In this document: in pieces, positions 8,927 through 18,485 of the stretch | How the letters are laid out: each line of letters begins with the position of its first letter | Numbering within the stretch: the stretch's first letter is position 1 | From: Promethearchaeota archaeon | GTDB lineage: Archaea; Asgardarchaeota; Lokiarchaeia; Sigyniarchaeales; SOKP01 | Assembly (NCBI GenBank): GCA_048938025.1 | Contig: JBHLMP010000011.1 | Coordinates: 25,277 to 80,893 of the forward strand | Direction of reading: 5' to 3' | DNA length: 55,617 nt | Program-made: the position numbers and the translations under genes | Notes under the pieces: generated by a model | Databases searched by the model: none | The model's input: only the letters and a program-made list of their open reading frames with translations | Told to the model about the DNA's origin: nothing

Positions 8927-10687
8927 TTAAACAAGATCTTTTTTATCCTCTTCGATGTTAACTTCATGTTCAATTTCAAATTTTTTATGATCATCTACAT
9001 CTTTTATAACAATGAGATCTCTACGAGATTCGGCATATTTATTAGGTTTTAATTTTCTCACTGGAATTCCAAAATATACCCAGCCCGGTTCTAAAATTTG
9101 ATTATATACAGTATTTGACATAGCACCAACGAAAGTTTCTTTTCCAACAATTGTACCTGGGGCGATTGTGGTCTGTCCGCCAATAAGAACGTAATCACCA
9201 AATATTACCTTTTTGATAATCAAATATTTGCCAACAACCATGGAGGACATAATAGTAGCTGCTTGTCCAACTAAATTTCTTCGTCCGAATTGAATAAATT
9301 CTCCATCACACCATGAATCATATAAACCACTCGAAAAATTCATCTTTACTCCAAACCATCTAAATGCTAATACATCTGCCCATGGAAATGGCCAATTTCG
9401 CATGAGCCATAAAACTATTTTCTTTAATTCTGTTCTTAACATCCAGAATTCAAAATCAGTCTCCCCAATTTCAGCCTTGAAGACGCCTTCCTTAGGCTTG
9501 TGAATAAGATTTATCAGAATCAAGAAAAGCTTGCTAAAAAAAGAACAACCAAGTATAAAAGTTAAATGCATTATTATTATCATCGCTGGCAAAAATAAAA
9601 GCATTAAATATAAGTCTGTAACAAAATAAGTGTACATATAGAATAGCATTAAGACTAAAAATCCACTGAACCAGAATATTGGGATATATACTGCTAAAAA
9701 TTTTATATTAACTCTACTGATCGCACTACTCGTTGTGAAATTAAGCGATAAATCTTTATTATCATCATCTTCGTTCTGGTTTTGCGACCCGAACGATGGA
9801 GTATCAGTTGAATCTTCAACGTCCTCTAATTGTTTTAAACTTTCGGGATCTATTTTTAAATAGTTCTTGATTCTTCGTTTAAATATTTTCCGGAGGGGTT
9901 GTGCCCCTTGGGAAAAATAATAACCATTTCCTTTTATCACACTGTGTTTTGTTGCTGAAGCTAAAGGAAGTAAATAAGAATTATTATGTATTTCCGATCC
10001 TGAAGCAATTAGGTTCATTGCTGCTGCTGTAACATTATCTCCTACTTCAATTTTAAAGTATGAGATATTACCGAAGATTCCATCGACCATATGGGCCGCT
10101 AAAGCTGCATTTACGCCGATATAGCAGTTTTCGCCAATCTCGAGAAACTTATCATTAACTGCAGATTCTTCCAATGTAGTTCCTTTTCCAATTTGGCTTG
10201 ATTTTACAAAATTATAAAGCCAAGGCACTAGCCATGGAAAAAATCCTTTTGTGAAAGTATTTTTGGGGTATTTCATGAGAAAGGATCTTATATGATAATA
10301 GTTTAATGTCTTACTTGGGAAATTTCGAGGTATTATTCCTGATTTTGAAGGAGATCTTTTCTCTGTTAATCCCCAGAACCAGCGAGCAATTAAAGCAATT
10401 AAAAATAAATGAATTAAGTAGCATCCGACAATGACCAATGGCATAGATATTAATGCTAAAAGAGGTTTTAAATTGATAAAAAGTGAAAAGAAATTCGTGA
10501 TTTCTAAAAAGTAAGGTACAAAATAAAACAATGCATATATCATGAAGATTATTACTGGAACCAAATAAGATATTAAATAAATAGTAAAAAAAATAACTAA
10601 ATACCAGAAATATTGAAACTGGACATCTTCTTTTATTATATTCTTGATTGAAAGACTGGGCCTTACTTTTTCTTTTATTTTAGTCAT
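8927..10687 (-). CDS. Membrane double-LbH acyltransferase-like protein, modules M1+M2 (locus B)
   Basis: Clear paralog of 6511..8388 (NDKFLEIG, AHMVDGIFGNISYFKI, FTTSSAISR, FEIEHEVNI). Confidence 0.82.
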   Translation of the reverse strand: MTKIKEKVRPSLSIKNIIKEDVQFQYFWYLVIFFTIYLISYLVPVIIFMIYALFYFVPYFLEITNFFSLFINLKPLLALISMPLVIVGCYLIHLFLIALIARWFWGLTEKRSPSKSGIIPRNFPSKTLNYYHIRSFLMKYPKNTFTKGFFPWLVPWLYNFVKSSQIGKGTTLEESAVNDKFLEIGENCYIGVNAALAAHMVDGIFGNISYFKIEVGDNVTAAAMNLIASGSEIHNNSYLLPLASATKHSVIKGNGYYFSQGAQPLRKIFKRRIKNYLKIDPESLKQLEDVEDSTDTPSFGSQNQNEDDDNKDLSLNFTTSSAISRVNIKFLAVYIPIFWFSGFLVLMLFYMYTYFVTDLYLMLLFLPAMIIIMHLTFILGCSFFSKLFLILINLIHKPKEGVFKAEIGETDFEFWMLRTELKKIVLWLMRNWPFPWADVLAFRWFGVKMNFSSGLYDSWCDGEFIQFGRRNLVGQAATIMSSMVVGKYLIIKKVIFGDYVLIGGQTTIAPGTIVGKETFVGAMSNTVYNQILEPGWVYFGIPVRKLKPNKYAESRRDLIVIKDVDDHKKFEIEHEVNIEEDKKDLV

Positions 10688-10835
10688 AGAATACGTCTTA
10701 TATTAACAATTTTCAGATATATTTACTAGTTAAGTATTTGTTTCTAAAAAACTCTGATAATAATTAATAATATTTGTTATATTAAGTTGAATCTTTAGTT
10801 TATTTATTATAAAAATAATCATTAAGGAGATTATT

Positions 10836-12485
10836 TTGAAGTCTTTTGATTTTGATTTTGAAGTTCAAGATCTCTTTACTAAAAAATTCTCTAATCTCAA
10901 ACCTCTTAACTGGAAAAGTTGGCTTGAAATAGGCACCAAAGAGGAATATGAAGAGCTTGCCCTGGAACTTTCTGGATTATCTTCTGTTGGAAATGTTTTA
11001 GAGAGAATTAAACATGAAGAGACAGATTCCAGAAGTTTTTCAATCGATCTAGATTCTTTCTTAGGTACTTTGCAGGATAAAGATCCTCCAATTTTTTGCC
11101 ATACATCTGGAACAACAGATAGTAAATTATCCAATTTAAAATGGTTTCATATGTCTAGAGATATTATTGAAAAGCAATGGGCCCCAGGAATGCAAGCTAT
11201 TTTTGAATCAAGTGGTTTGGATTCTAAGTCATCAGCAATTATTTTTATACCATCTAGATTAAAATTCGATGGAATTAGGATAAGTGATGATACTACCTAT
11301 ATTTCATTATATTCCTCAGAATTTTCACAAAGAATTATGCTATCTGTTATTAAACCTTATTCATATACAATCTACGAATATAAAAATTCAAGAAATTTAG
11401 AAATTATTTCTAATATTCTACAGATGGAAAATATTGCAGCTATTTCTGCTCCTGCAATAACAATTCTAGGTTGGTCGGATATAAATAGACTTCAAAATGG
11501 TCTAAAAAATTCACTCAATTCAATAAATATGGATAATAATCCAATCTTAGAGGGATTTTTAAGCAAAATTAAAAGGGAAGGCTTGAGTTTTGTATCAAGA
11601 GAAATTCAAGAAAAATTGTCAGAAAAATTATCTAAGGCTACATTGATTTTTAGTACTAGTTCCCTCTCTAAATTAGATTGGAATTTAATTCGTAAATTTA
11701 TGAAGTGGGAAATAGGTAAAGAAAAATTTATAAATCTCTATGTAGCATCTGAGATTGGGCCTTTTGCGGCAAGTATCAATAAAGGAGATTTTGAGATCTC
11801 ACGTTTAAATAGAATGTATGTTTTTCCTTTGACATTGCCTGTTATTGAGAGTAAAGGTAAGAAGGAATTAATTTCGAGAAGCAAAAATAAACTTGGTAAG
11901 CTTCTTGTATCTAGATTGAATAATTCAAGAGTTCTAATCAATATTGATATAGGAGATATTATCTCTGTTAAGAACCAAGAAGCAATTCCTCAAATTGATG
12001 GTAAAATTTTAAGATCACAATTTCAATTAAAATATCCTATTAAGATCTCAAATCAAATTAAAATTAACTCAAACTATACTATCTACGCCGGAGATTACTT
12101 TTCGTTAACTGATTTTGAAATAGTTGAACCGCGTGTTCTATTAAATCGTTTGAGAGAACATTGTAAATTTACAACTGATTCATTAATATTAATTAAATTT
12201 ATTGAAAACGATAAAATTAAGTGGAAACTAATTATACCTTCAAGCAACAATACAAATTGCTCAGATGAAGACAAAGTGAGAGAATTTATCTTAAAATACC
12301 CAAAATTTGAGGATATGAAACCAGCAATTAAAGACCAAAGTATCCACTTTCAGTCAATAAATGATAATCCTGTAGATTTTCTAGCTCACCGCGATGAGAT
12401 GTTAATGAAAGTAAGAAATGGCAAAATTCCAAAGGGAATTCTTAAAAAATGGCCTTTGTATGTTATTGAACCTGAACAACCCTAA
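10836..12485 (+). CDS. GH3-like / ANL-superfamily adenylate-forming enzyme
   Basis: Three spaced motifs CHTSGTT...K, LYVASEIG and IDIGD correspond to GH3 SSGTS..K / YASSE / YRxGD. Confidence 0.72.
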   Translation: MKSFDFDFEVQDLFTKKFSNLKPLNWKSWLEIGTKEEYEELALELSGLSSVGNVLERIKHEETDSRSFSIDLDSFLGTLQDKDPPIFCHTSGTTDSKLSNLKWFHMSRDIIEKQWAPGMQAIFESSGLDSKSSAIIFIPSRLKFDGIRISDDTTYISLYSSEFSQRIMLSVIKPYSYTIYEYKNSRNLEIISNILQMENIAAISAPAITILGWSDINRLQNGLKNSLNSINMDNNPILEGFLSKIKREGLSFVSREIQEKLSEKLSKATLIFSTSSLSKLDWNLIRKFMKWEIGKEKFINLYVASEIGPFAASINKGDFEISRLNRMYVFPLTLPVIESKGKKELISRSKNKLGKLLVSRLNNSRVLINIDIGDIISVKNQEAIPQIDGKILRSQFQLKYPIKISNQIKINSNYTIYAGDYFSLTDFEIVEPRVLLNRLREHCKFTTDSLILIKFIENDKIKWKLIIPSSNNTNCSDEDKVREFILKYPKFEDMKPAIKDQSIHFQSINDNPVDFLAHRDEMLMKVRNGKIPKGILKKWPLYVIEPEQP

Positions 12486-12520
12486 TTAATTAAAAAAGAA
12501 AAAAATTAGATATTATAATT

Positions 12521-12928
12521 TTATTTCCAAATTACTAAAATACTTCCCGCAATTAAAAATGCAATAAGATAAACGATATATTCTAAAAGAAATAGTTTCA
12601 TACCTCTATCGTTAAAATTCGACTGATTTATACCTATAGTTGCAACGAATCCAATCCAAAGCAATAAACTGAGTAATAAAGCGGGACCAATCTCTGATAT
12701 TCCTATTAAGATCATAACAACATCAATTACAAGTACTGTAATAAAACTTAATGGAATCATAATTATTGTTTCTTTTATAATTTTAGATTTGGGCTCACCT
12801 TCTTTACCAACTAATTTAAGCCAGAGATTTCCGAATGCAGAAGGAAAATACCAAAAAAAGTGTATGGCAAAATAAATCAGAGCAACAATACTAACTGCTA
12901 ACCAATTAACTTCAAAAGCCATTTCCAC
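12521..12928 (-). CDS. DUF1761-like 4-TM membrane protein
   Basis: VNWLAV...FFWYFPSAFGNLW...LWIGF pattern. Confidence 0.75.
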   Translation of the reverse strand: MEMAFEVNWLAVSIVALIYFAIHFFWYFPSAFGNLWLKLVGKEGEPKSKIIKETIIMIPLSFITVLVIDVVMILIGISEIGPALLLSLLLWIGFVATIGINQSNFNDRGMKLFLLEYIVYLIAFLIAGSILVIWK

Positions 12929-13039
12929 ACCAAAAAATAAATTATTATTTTGAATTTATAATTTTTAAGGATTATATAATTAAGCTGTATTTATTTCTTT
13001 TTTATTTAAAATATAAATAAAAATTAAAATGAAGTCAAA

Positions 13040-13519
13040 ATGAAAGATAAATTTAATTTATTAGGCACTAAAATCTATGAGTTTAGTTTACCAAATTCTA
13101 GAGGTGAAACGATCAACATTAGAGATTTCGAAAACAAAAAAAATGTAATAATTGTATTATTTAGAGATATCAATTGACCTTTTTGTCGATGGCATGCTGC
13201 TAGATTAAGAAGAGACATTGAAAAATTTGAACAATTGGATGGGTTTTTGTATCCAATTTTGGTTGATAATGAAAAAAATGCTAAGAAAATGGAACAAAAA
13301 TATGCTAAAAAATACGCTATTTTCTATGATGAATCAAAAAAAGTTGCTAGCCTGCTGAAACAAGAAAAAAGATGGATTAAACTTGGTCGTATGCCGGGAT
13401 TATTAGTAGTTGATAAGAAAGGAATCATTCAGTACGCATATTACGGAAAAAATATGCATGATATCCCTGAAAACAATGAAATTTTGCAAGTTCTTGAAGA
13501 AATAAATAAAAATCAATGA
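13040..13519 (+). CDS. Peroxiredoxin-like (AhpC/TSA) selenoprotein, UxxC motif, 159 aa
   Basis: ATG 13040 gives MKDKFNLLGTKIYEFSLPNSRGETINIRDF...VLFRDIN-TGA(13175-13177)-PFCRWH, continuing in frame into the tracked 13235..13519 ORF (LLVVDKKGIIQYAYYG). TGA occupies the first Cys position of the CPFC motif. Confidence 0.85.
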
Positions 13520-13586
13520 TTTGGTAAGAATAAAATAAAAAAAGTGAGATTTTATTCTTTAAAGTTAGCCACACTTTACCAAATCA
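13517..13586 (+). promoter_or_regulatory. 3' stem-loop after selenoprotein gene (SECIS candidate or terminator)
   Basis: TGATTTGGTAA (13517-13527) pairs perfectly with TTACCAAATCA (13576-13586); inner GAATAAAAT/ATTTTATTC (13528-13536/13549-13557). Canonical GA/GA quartet not seen. Confidence 0.35.
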
Positions 13587-13641
13587 AAAAATATATTATA
13601 TTATAAAGAGATATTTCTATAAAATTAAATTCTAATCTTCT

Positions 13642-14112
13642 TTAATAGGATTTAAGTCCAACTGGTTTTCCAACTAGTTCAAACTTATAAATAATTTGAT
13701 CTTCAATTTTGAAATTATCCCATCCTCCTTTTTTCATGAATCCATGAGCTGAAAGAAAATTGGTAGAAAAGTTCTTTCTTGCAATTTGTAGCATCTCATT
13801 CATAATTTCATTTTTTATTTCTTTTTCTTTAATGATTTTTAATACTCCCTGCATCGAAATAAAATAATAACTGCTTAAATCAGGTTTAAAATTTTCGATT
13901 GAAACACATACATTGGGATTTTTTGAGAGGATTTCTTTCTTTTTACCATAATCAGTAAAATGAAAGTATAGGGTATTATCTATAGAAACATATTGAAAGG
14001 GAGAGATATAAGGAAATTTATCATCAATGAAAGCAATTCTACATAAAGTATTAGAATTAATTGCTTCTCTTATTTCTTCTTCACTCATTTTTGGTAATTT
14101 AACTATCTTCAT
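13642..14112 (-). CDS. Pyridoxamine 5'-phosphate oxidase-like (NimA-type) flavin-binding protein
   Basis: CRIAF...PYISP...LYFH...GKKKEILSKNPNVC. Confidence 0.85.
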   Translation of the reverse strand: MKIVKLPKMSEEEIREAINSNTLCRIAFIDDKFPYISPFQYVSIDNTLYFHFTDYGKKKEILSKNPNVCVSIENFKPDLSSYYFISMQGVLKIIKEKEIKNEIMNEMLQIARKNFSTNFLSAHGFMKKGGWDNFKIEDQIIYKFELVGKPVGLKSY

Positions 14113-14202
14113 TTATCGATACACAGTTTCTAATTTTGTTTTAAGTAAAAAAAAAATTTTATTAAATTTATATTTGATTCCCTAAGTCTTAATGAGAAAT
14201 AA

Positions 14203-15099
14203 TCAATTTTTAAGAAATCTTTCATCATTAGTAATTATTTCTAATGCTTTCAACGCACTAATCTCTTTGTCTTTTATTTCCAGCATAAGATCGAAATTAA
14301 AGTTTTTTGTAAGTTTAATGAAATTTTTAAAATGCTTTAAATCTATGGTGTCAGCATGAGTTGGTTTACTTTTAATAGGATGTTCAGAGCTATAATGAAC
14401 AATTGGGATTCCATCCGTTTCTTTCCATGTATTTGAAATATTTTCAAAAGCTTCTTTTATTTGCTCTCCTGAATTGTTACATTGATGGTGATAAATATCA
14501 AAAATAATGGGGGTGCCTGTTTTCTCATTTATCTCTAAACAGTTATTAAGGCTATAACTCTTGTCATCATTTTCAATAACTAAACGATTTTTTATCTTAT
14601 TGTCAAGTTTAAAATATCTACTGATGAAGCGTTTCATACTCGCATTTTTATCTCCATAAACGCCTCCCACATGGATTTGAACTTTTGCTGTAGAATCGAG
14701 ATTCATCGAATCTAATACATCCACATGATAAATTAATTCTTTTAGACTATTTTCATAAACTTTCTTGGTGATAGAATTTAAAACTGTATATTGTCCGGGA
14801 TGCATAGTAATTCTCATTTTATTTTTCATGATAAAAGCGCCTAAATCTTCAAATGTAGTTTTAAAATGTTCCTTCCATTCAAAATCTAAAACAGGATGAG
14901 AAGCGAACGGAATTAAATCAGAAGTAATTCTAAAAAAGAGAATTTTATTGTTTCTATTAAATTCTAAAATCTTTTGTAAACAATTCAAATTCTCTTCAAT
15001 TATTTTCTTAAGTCTTTCTTTTGAATAATTTTTTAATCGAAATGTACGACTACTGCGACAGTCCAAAGTTAGATTAATGCAAGGATACCCAAGTTTCAT
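14203..15099 (-). CDS. uvsE: UV DNA damage repair endonuclease
   Basis: MKLGYPCIN, FFRITSDLIPFASHP, MHPGQY, IHVGG, IENDD, DIYHH, MLEIKDKE. Confidence 0.95.
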   Translation of the reverse strand: MKLGYPCINLTLDCRSSRTFRLKNYSKERLKKIIEENLNCLQKILEFNRNNKILFFRITSDLIPFASHPVLDFEWKEHFKTTFEDLGAFIMKNKMRITMHPGQYTVLNSITKKVYENSLKELIYHVDVLDSMNLDSTAKVQIHVGGVYGDKNASMKRFISRYFKLDNKIKNRLVIENDDKSYSLNNCLEINEKTGTPIIFDIYHHQCNNSGEQIKEAFENISNTWKETDGIPIVHYSSEHPIKSKPTHADTIDLKHFKNFIKLTKNFNFDLMLEIKDKEISALKALEIITNDERFLKN

Positions 15100-15315
15100 T
15101 TTATAATGGTATAAGATTCATTTATCTTAATTTTTAATTAATTTCTAAATTGCAGAGTAAAAAATTTAGTTATAATAAATTATAATTTGAATTCACCAAT
15201 AAAATTGAGAATTTAATAAAAAAAATATTATAATCGATAAACAAAACTATTTTAATGGTATCTTTATTTTTCGAGCTTAAGTTTGAATGAATTATTATTA
15301 ATTAAGGTATGAAAT

Positions 15316-15846
15316 TTGAGCAAACAAATTTATAAGTGGCATATAATTGGAATTGTTTTTATAATTCTAGTTGGCTCTTTCTTTCATTTTATTTTTGAAT
15401 TATCAGGGGAAAATTTAATTATCGCTGGAATAGCAGCTGTAAATGAAAGTGTCTGGGAGCATTTAAAGTTAGGATACTGGCCCTTAGTATTTTTTTCTCT
15501 AATTGAATATCGATTTATAAAAGATGATGCTAAAAATTTGGGGATAGCTAAATTAATGGGAGCTCTAACTATTATAGCTACAATTCTCGTAATATTTTAT
15601 TCCTATACGGCTATTATTGGGGAAGAAATTTTATTCATTGATATTCTAAGTTTTATCTTAGGAGTTATTTTTGGACAAATTGTAAGCTATAAATTAATGA
15701 GTAGCTCAAAATTACCACAATGGACTAATATACTTTCTTGGATACTTTTTGTAGGGTTAGGATTTCTTTTTATATTATTCACGTTTTACCCACCAAAATT
15801 ACCAATTTTCAAAGATGGTGTTACTGGTGGATATGGAATAGTATAA
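15316..15846 (+). CDS. DUF6512-like membrane protein
   Basis: GSFFHFIFE, VNESVWEHLKL, FTFYPP motifs; multi-TM. Confidence 0.7.
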   Translation: MSKQIYKWHIIGIVFIILVGSFFHFIFELSGENLIIAGIAAVNESVWEHLKLGYWPLVFFSLIEYRFIKDDAKNLGIAKLMGALTIIATILVIFYSYTAIIGEEILFIDILSFILGVIFGQIVSYKLMSSSKLPQWTNILSWILFVGLGFLFILFTFYPPKLPIFKDGVTGGYGIV

Positions 15847-15863
15847 ATTAAGAGTAATTCCAT

Positions 15864-16649
15864 TTACCTTAAGTAAAATTCCTTTCTTCTATCATTAATG
15901 ATATCATTGAATTTATTTAGTTTCTTATTTCTTGCTTTTTTTATATCTATTACCACCAAATTCATAGATACTCTATCTGGTGGGGCTGATGATAAGATTT
16001 TTCCATCATAGGAAGTAATCTGACTCTCTCCTGTGAATTTAAAGTTATCTTCGCCTCTAATCTCCTGTCCAATTCGGTTAGCTGTCACAGCATAAACTCG
16101 GTTTTCTAAACACCGTGTAATCATTGCTTTTTGGCAATAAGGAAGAACTAGATTTGCTGGATGAGCAATTATATCGGTCCCAAGAATAGCTAGAGTTCGT
16201 GTTGTTTCAGGAAATATCCAATCAAAGCAAATCATTATGCCGATGTTTACTCCATTAATTTCATATACTTTTAACGGTTTATCACCAGGATTAAACCATA
16301 ATTTTTCTTTATAATATAAGTGAAGTTTTCGATACACTCCTAACAATTCAGAATCAGAAACTATCATAGCAGAATTGAATATTTTATCTTTATCTTTTTC
16401 TATGAACCCTCCAACTATAATAGCCGAAGTCATTTTAGATAAATCCTTTAGAAAATGAGCAGTCTGTCCATCTGATCCTTCTGATAATGATTCAGCTTCC
16501 TTTTTTGAAATAAATGTATAACCTGTAGCAAATAATTCGGGTAAAACTAATAAGTCTGCTTTTACATTAGAGATGAGTTCCCTAACTTGTTCAAAATTTT
16601 TTTCTTTTTCTCCAAAAATAGGAGATGTTTGAATATATCCAACTTTCAT
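15864..16649 (-). CDS. Carbon-nitrogen hydrolase (nitrilase superfamily)
   Basis: E-K-C triad: LPELFATGY, YRKLHL, MICFDWIFPE. Confidence 0.93.
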   Translation of the reverse strand: MKVGYIQTSPIFGEKEKNFEQVRELISNVKADLLVLPELFATGYTFISKKEAESLSEGSDGQTAHFLKDLSKMTSAIIVGGFIEKDKDKIFNSAMIVSDSELLGVYRKLHLYYKEKLWFNPGDKPLKVYEINGVNIGIMICFDWIFPETTRTLAILGTDIIAHPANLVLPYCQKAMITRCLENRVYAVTANRIGQEIRGEDNFKFTGESQITSYDGKILSSAPPDRVSMNLVVIDIKKARNKKLNKFNDIINDRRKEFYLR

Positions 16650-16700
16650 CTTTAATCAAGATTTTTTATGATTAGTTAAAAATTAGGTGATAAGGTTATA

Positions 16701-17549
16701 TCATTTAATTTTTTTGTCTTTATCTTTCCTTACAGTATATAAATCTTCATACTGAGCAGTTGATTTTGCATATTCTTTAAACTGCCTTTCAATAATTTCT
16801 TCTAAACCATCTTCAAAGAATACATTCTTTTTGAATTTCTTTGCGGGGGCGCCTACATAAATATAATTCTCATCTAATACCTGACCTACAGTAGTCATTG
16901 AACTCCCTGCTAGAATAGAATTCTTTTTGATATAGGTTCCAGGCATTACCACGCTATGAGCACCGACCATTACATTATCTTCTAAAACGGTTTTTCTTAA
17001 TATAAATAAATTTCCGATAATAAGTGCTGATTGGATAAGAGCCGATTGGCCAATTGTCACGTTTTTACCAAAATCTATAAATTCTGTATCAATAAAACCC
17101 TCAAAAAGAGAATTTGAATATTTAGTTTTAATCCCAAATAATTTTAAACATATATTATCCATAAATGGGAAGGGAAATTTGTGAGATAACCATAATGGCC
17201 ATTTTTTTATAACACATCTTAAACACCAATATCGATAATCTTTATCAGAAGGATGTCTAAGAAAAACTCCTTCTCGAGGTTTATGAATTAGATTAGTAAT
17301 AACTAGAAAAATTTTCGCAAAAATTAGTGAAATCGCTATAGACGTTATATACATAACAAAAGTTAAAAGTGGTAAAAGAATTAAGAAGTGAATAAATCTA
17401 GGCTCGTAGAGCTTCCATAATAACCAAAATTCAAACTGAATTGAGAATATACTAATCCAAATAAGAAAGATATAAAAAATTAGGTATCTCTTTTTAACTA
17501 ATAGAAGTGTTGTATGTGGTCCACATTTTAAACTTGCAGGTACTGACAT
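16701..17549 (-). CDS. Membrane LbH acyltransferase-like protein, module M3 (locus C)
   Basis: Paralog of 5565..6506 (MSVP...LVKKRYLIFY, PREGVFLR, DKDYRYW, SNSLFEG, FFEDGLE). Confidence 0.82.
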   Translation of the reverse strand: MSVPASLKCGPHTTLLLVKKRYLIFYIFLIWISIFSIQFEFWLLWKLYEPRFIHFLILLPLLTFVMYITSIAISLIFAKIFLVITNLIHKPREGVFLRHPSDKDYRYWCLRCVIKKWPLWLSHKFPFPFMDNICLKLFGIKTKYSNSLFEGFIDTEFIDFGKNVTIGQSALIQSALIIGNLFILRKTVLEDNVMVGAHSVVMPGTYIKKNSILAGSSMTTVGQVLDENYIYVGAPAKKFKKNVFFEDGLEEIIERQFKEYAKSTAQYEDLYTVRKDKDKKIK

Positions 17550-17555
17550 GATATC

Positions 17556-18485
17556 TTATTTCTCCTTATTATTATTTAGAAATTCTTTTTTATCTTCATC
17601 AATATTTACTTCTTGTTTAACTTGATACTTAATTTCTTCATCTACATGCTTTTCATAAATTATTTCACGACTTTGTTCAGCATACTTGTTTGGTTTTAAT
17701 TTCCTGGCAAATTGACCCAAATAAATCCACCCCGCTTCTATCAATTGATTAGGAATAGTCGTGCTGAATGCACCAATTACAGACTCTTTACCCATTTTAG
17801 TACCAGGGGCTATATTTGAAACACCTCCAACAACCGTATGATCTCCAAGGATTACCGTTTTAATTATTAAATACTTTCCAACAATCATTGAACCCATTAT
17901 CACGCTTCCTTGTCCACAAGTCACGTTTCTACCAAATCTTATGAATCCTCCGCTTGCCCAAGCATCTTGCATATGGCTAGAAAAGTCGACATGAATACCC
18001 ACCCATCTGAAACCCCACATTACAATCCAAGGTAAAGGTCCATTATTCATAAACCAAAGAACTAGTTTTTTTAGTTCTAGACGTACTCTCCAGAATTCAT
18101 AATCCAAATCGCCCTCTTTAGCCCTGAAAATGCCTTCTTTAGGTTTATGAACCATATTTATTATTAGAAGGAAAGCTTTTGTGAAGATTGCAATACCAAA
18201 TACAAAAATAAAATATAAAATGAATAACCATATAGGGATTAAGAACATATTTATGTACCACGGGATATATCTTGAAATATCAAAAAATACAGCTACAGCC
18301 ATATATCCAGAAATCCACAGGATAGGGAGATATAAAGCGAGGAATTTATAACCTATTTTGCTTATAGCATTAGTAGTTACAAAATCAATAGTATAATCTG
18401 GCTTTTCACTATTTTCCTTATTTAAGTCAAATTTTTCTAGCGCGTCGCTCATTTTTACTTTCTTAATTAATTTTTTTTTTTTCAT
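17556..18485 (-). CDS. Membrane LbH module M2 (locus C); probably the 3' half of a frameshifted M1+M2 gene
   Basis: Matches the second half of the 625/586-aa paralogs (IDFVTTNAISK, PKEGIF, QEVNIDEDK). Overlaps upstream ORF across A12 at 18471-18482; alternative start MSD at 18452. Confidence 0.78.
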   Translation of the reverse strand: MKKKKLIKKVKMSDALEKFDLNKENSEKPDYTIDFVTTNAISKIGYKFLALYLPILWISGYMAVAVFFDISRYIPWYINMFLIPIWLFILYFIFVFGIAIFTKAFLLIINMVHKPKEGIFRAKEGDLDYEFWRVRLELKKLVLWFMNNGPLPWIVMWGFRWVGIHVDFSSHMQDAWASGGFIRFGRNVTCGQGSVIMGSMIVGKYLIIKTVILGDHTVVGGVSNIAPGTKMGKESVIGAFSTTIPNQLIEAGWIYLGQFARKLKPNKYAEQSREIIYEKHVDEEIKYQVKQEVNIDEDKKEFLNNNKEK

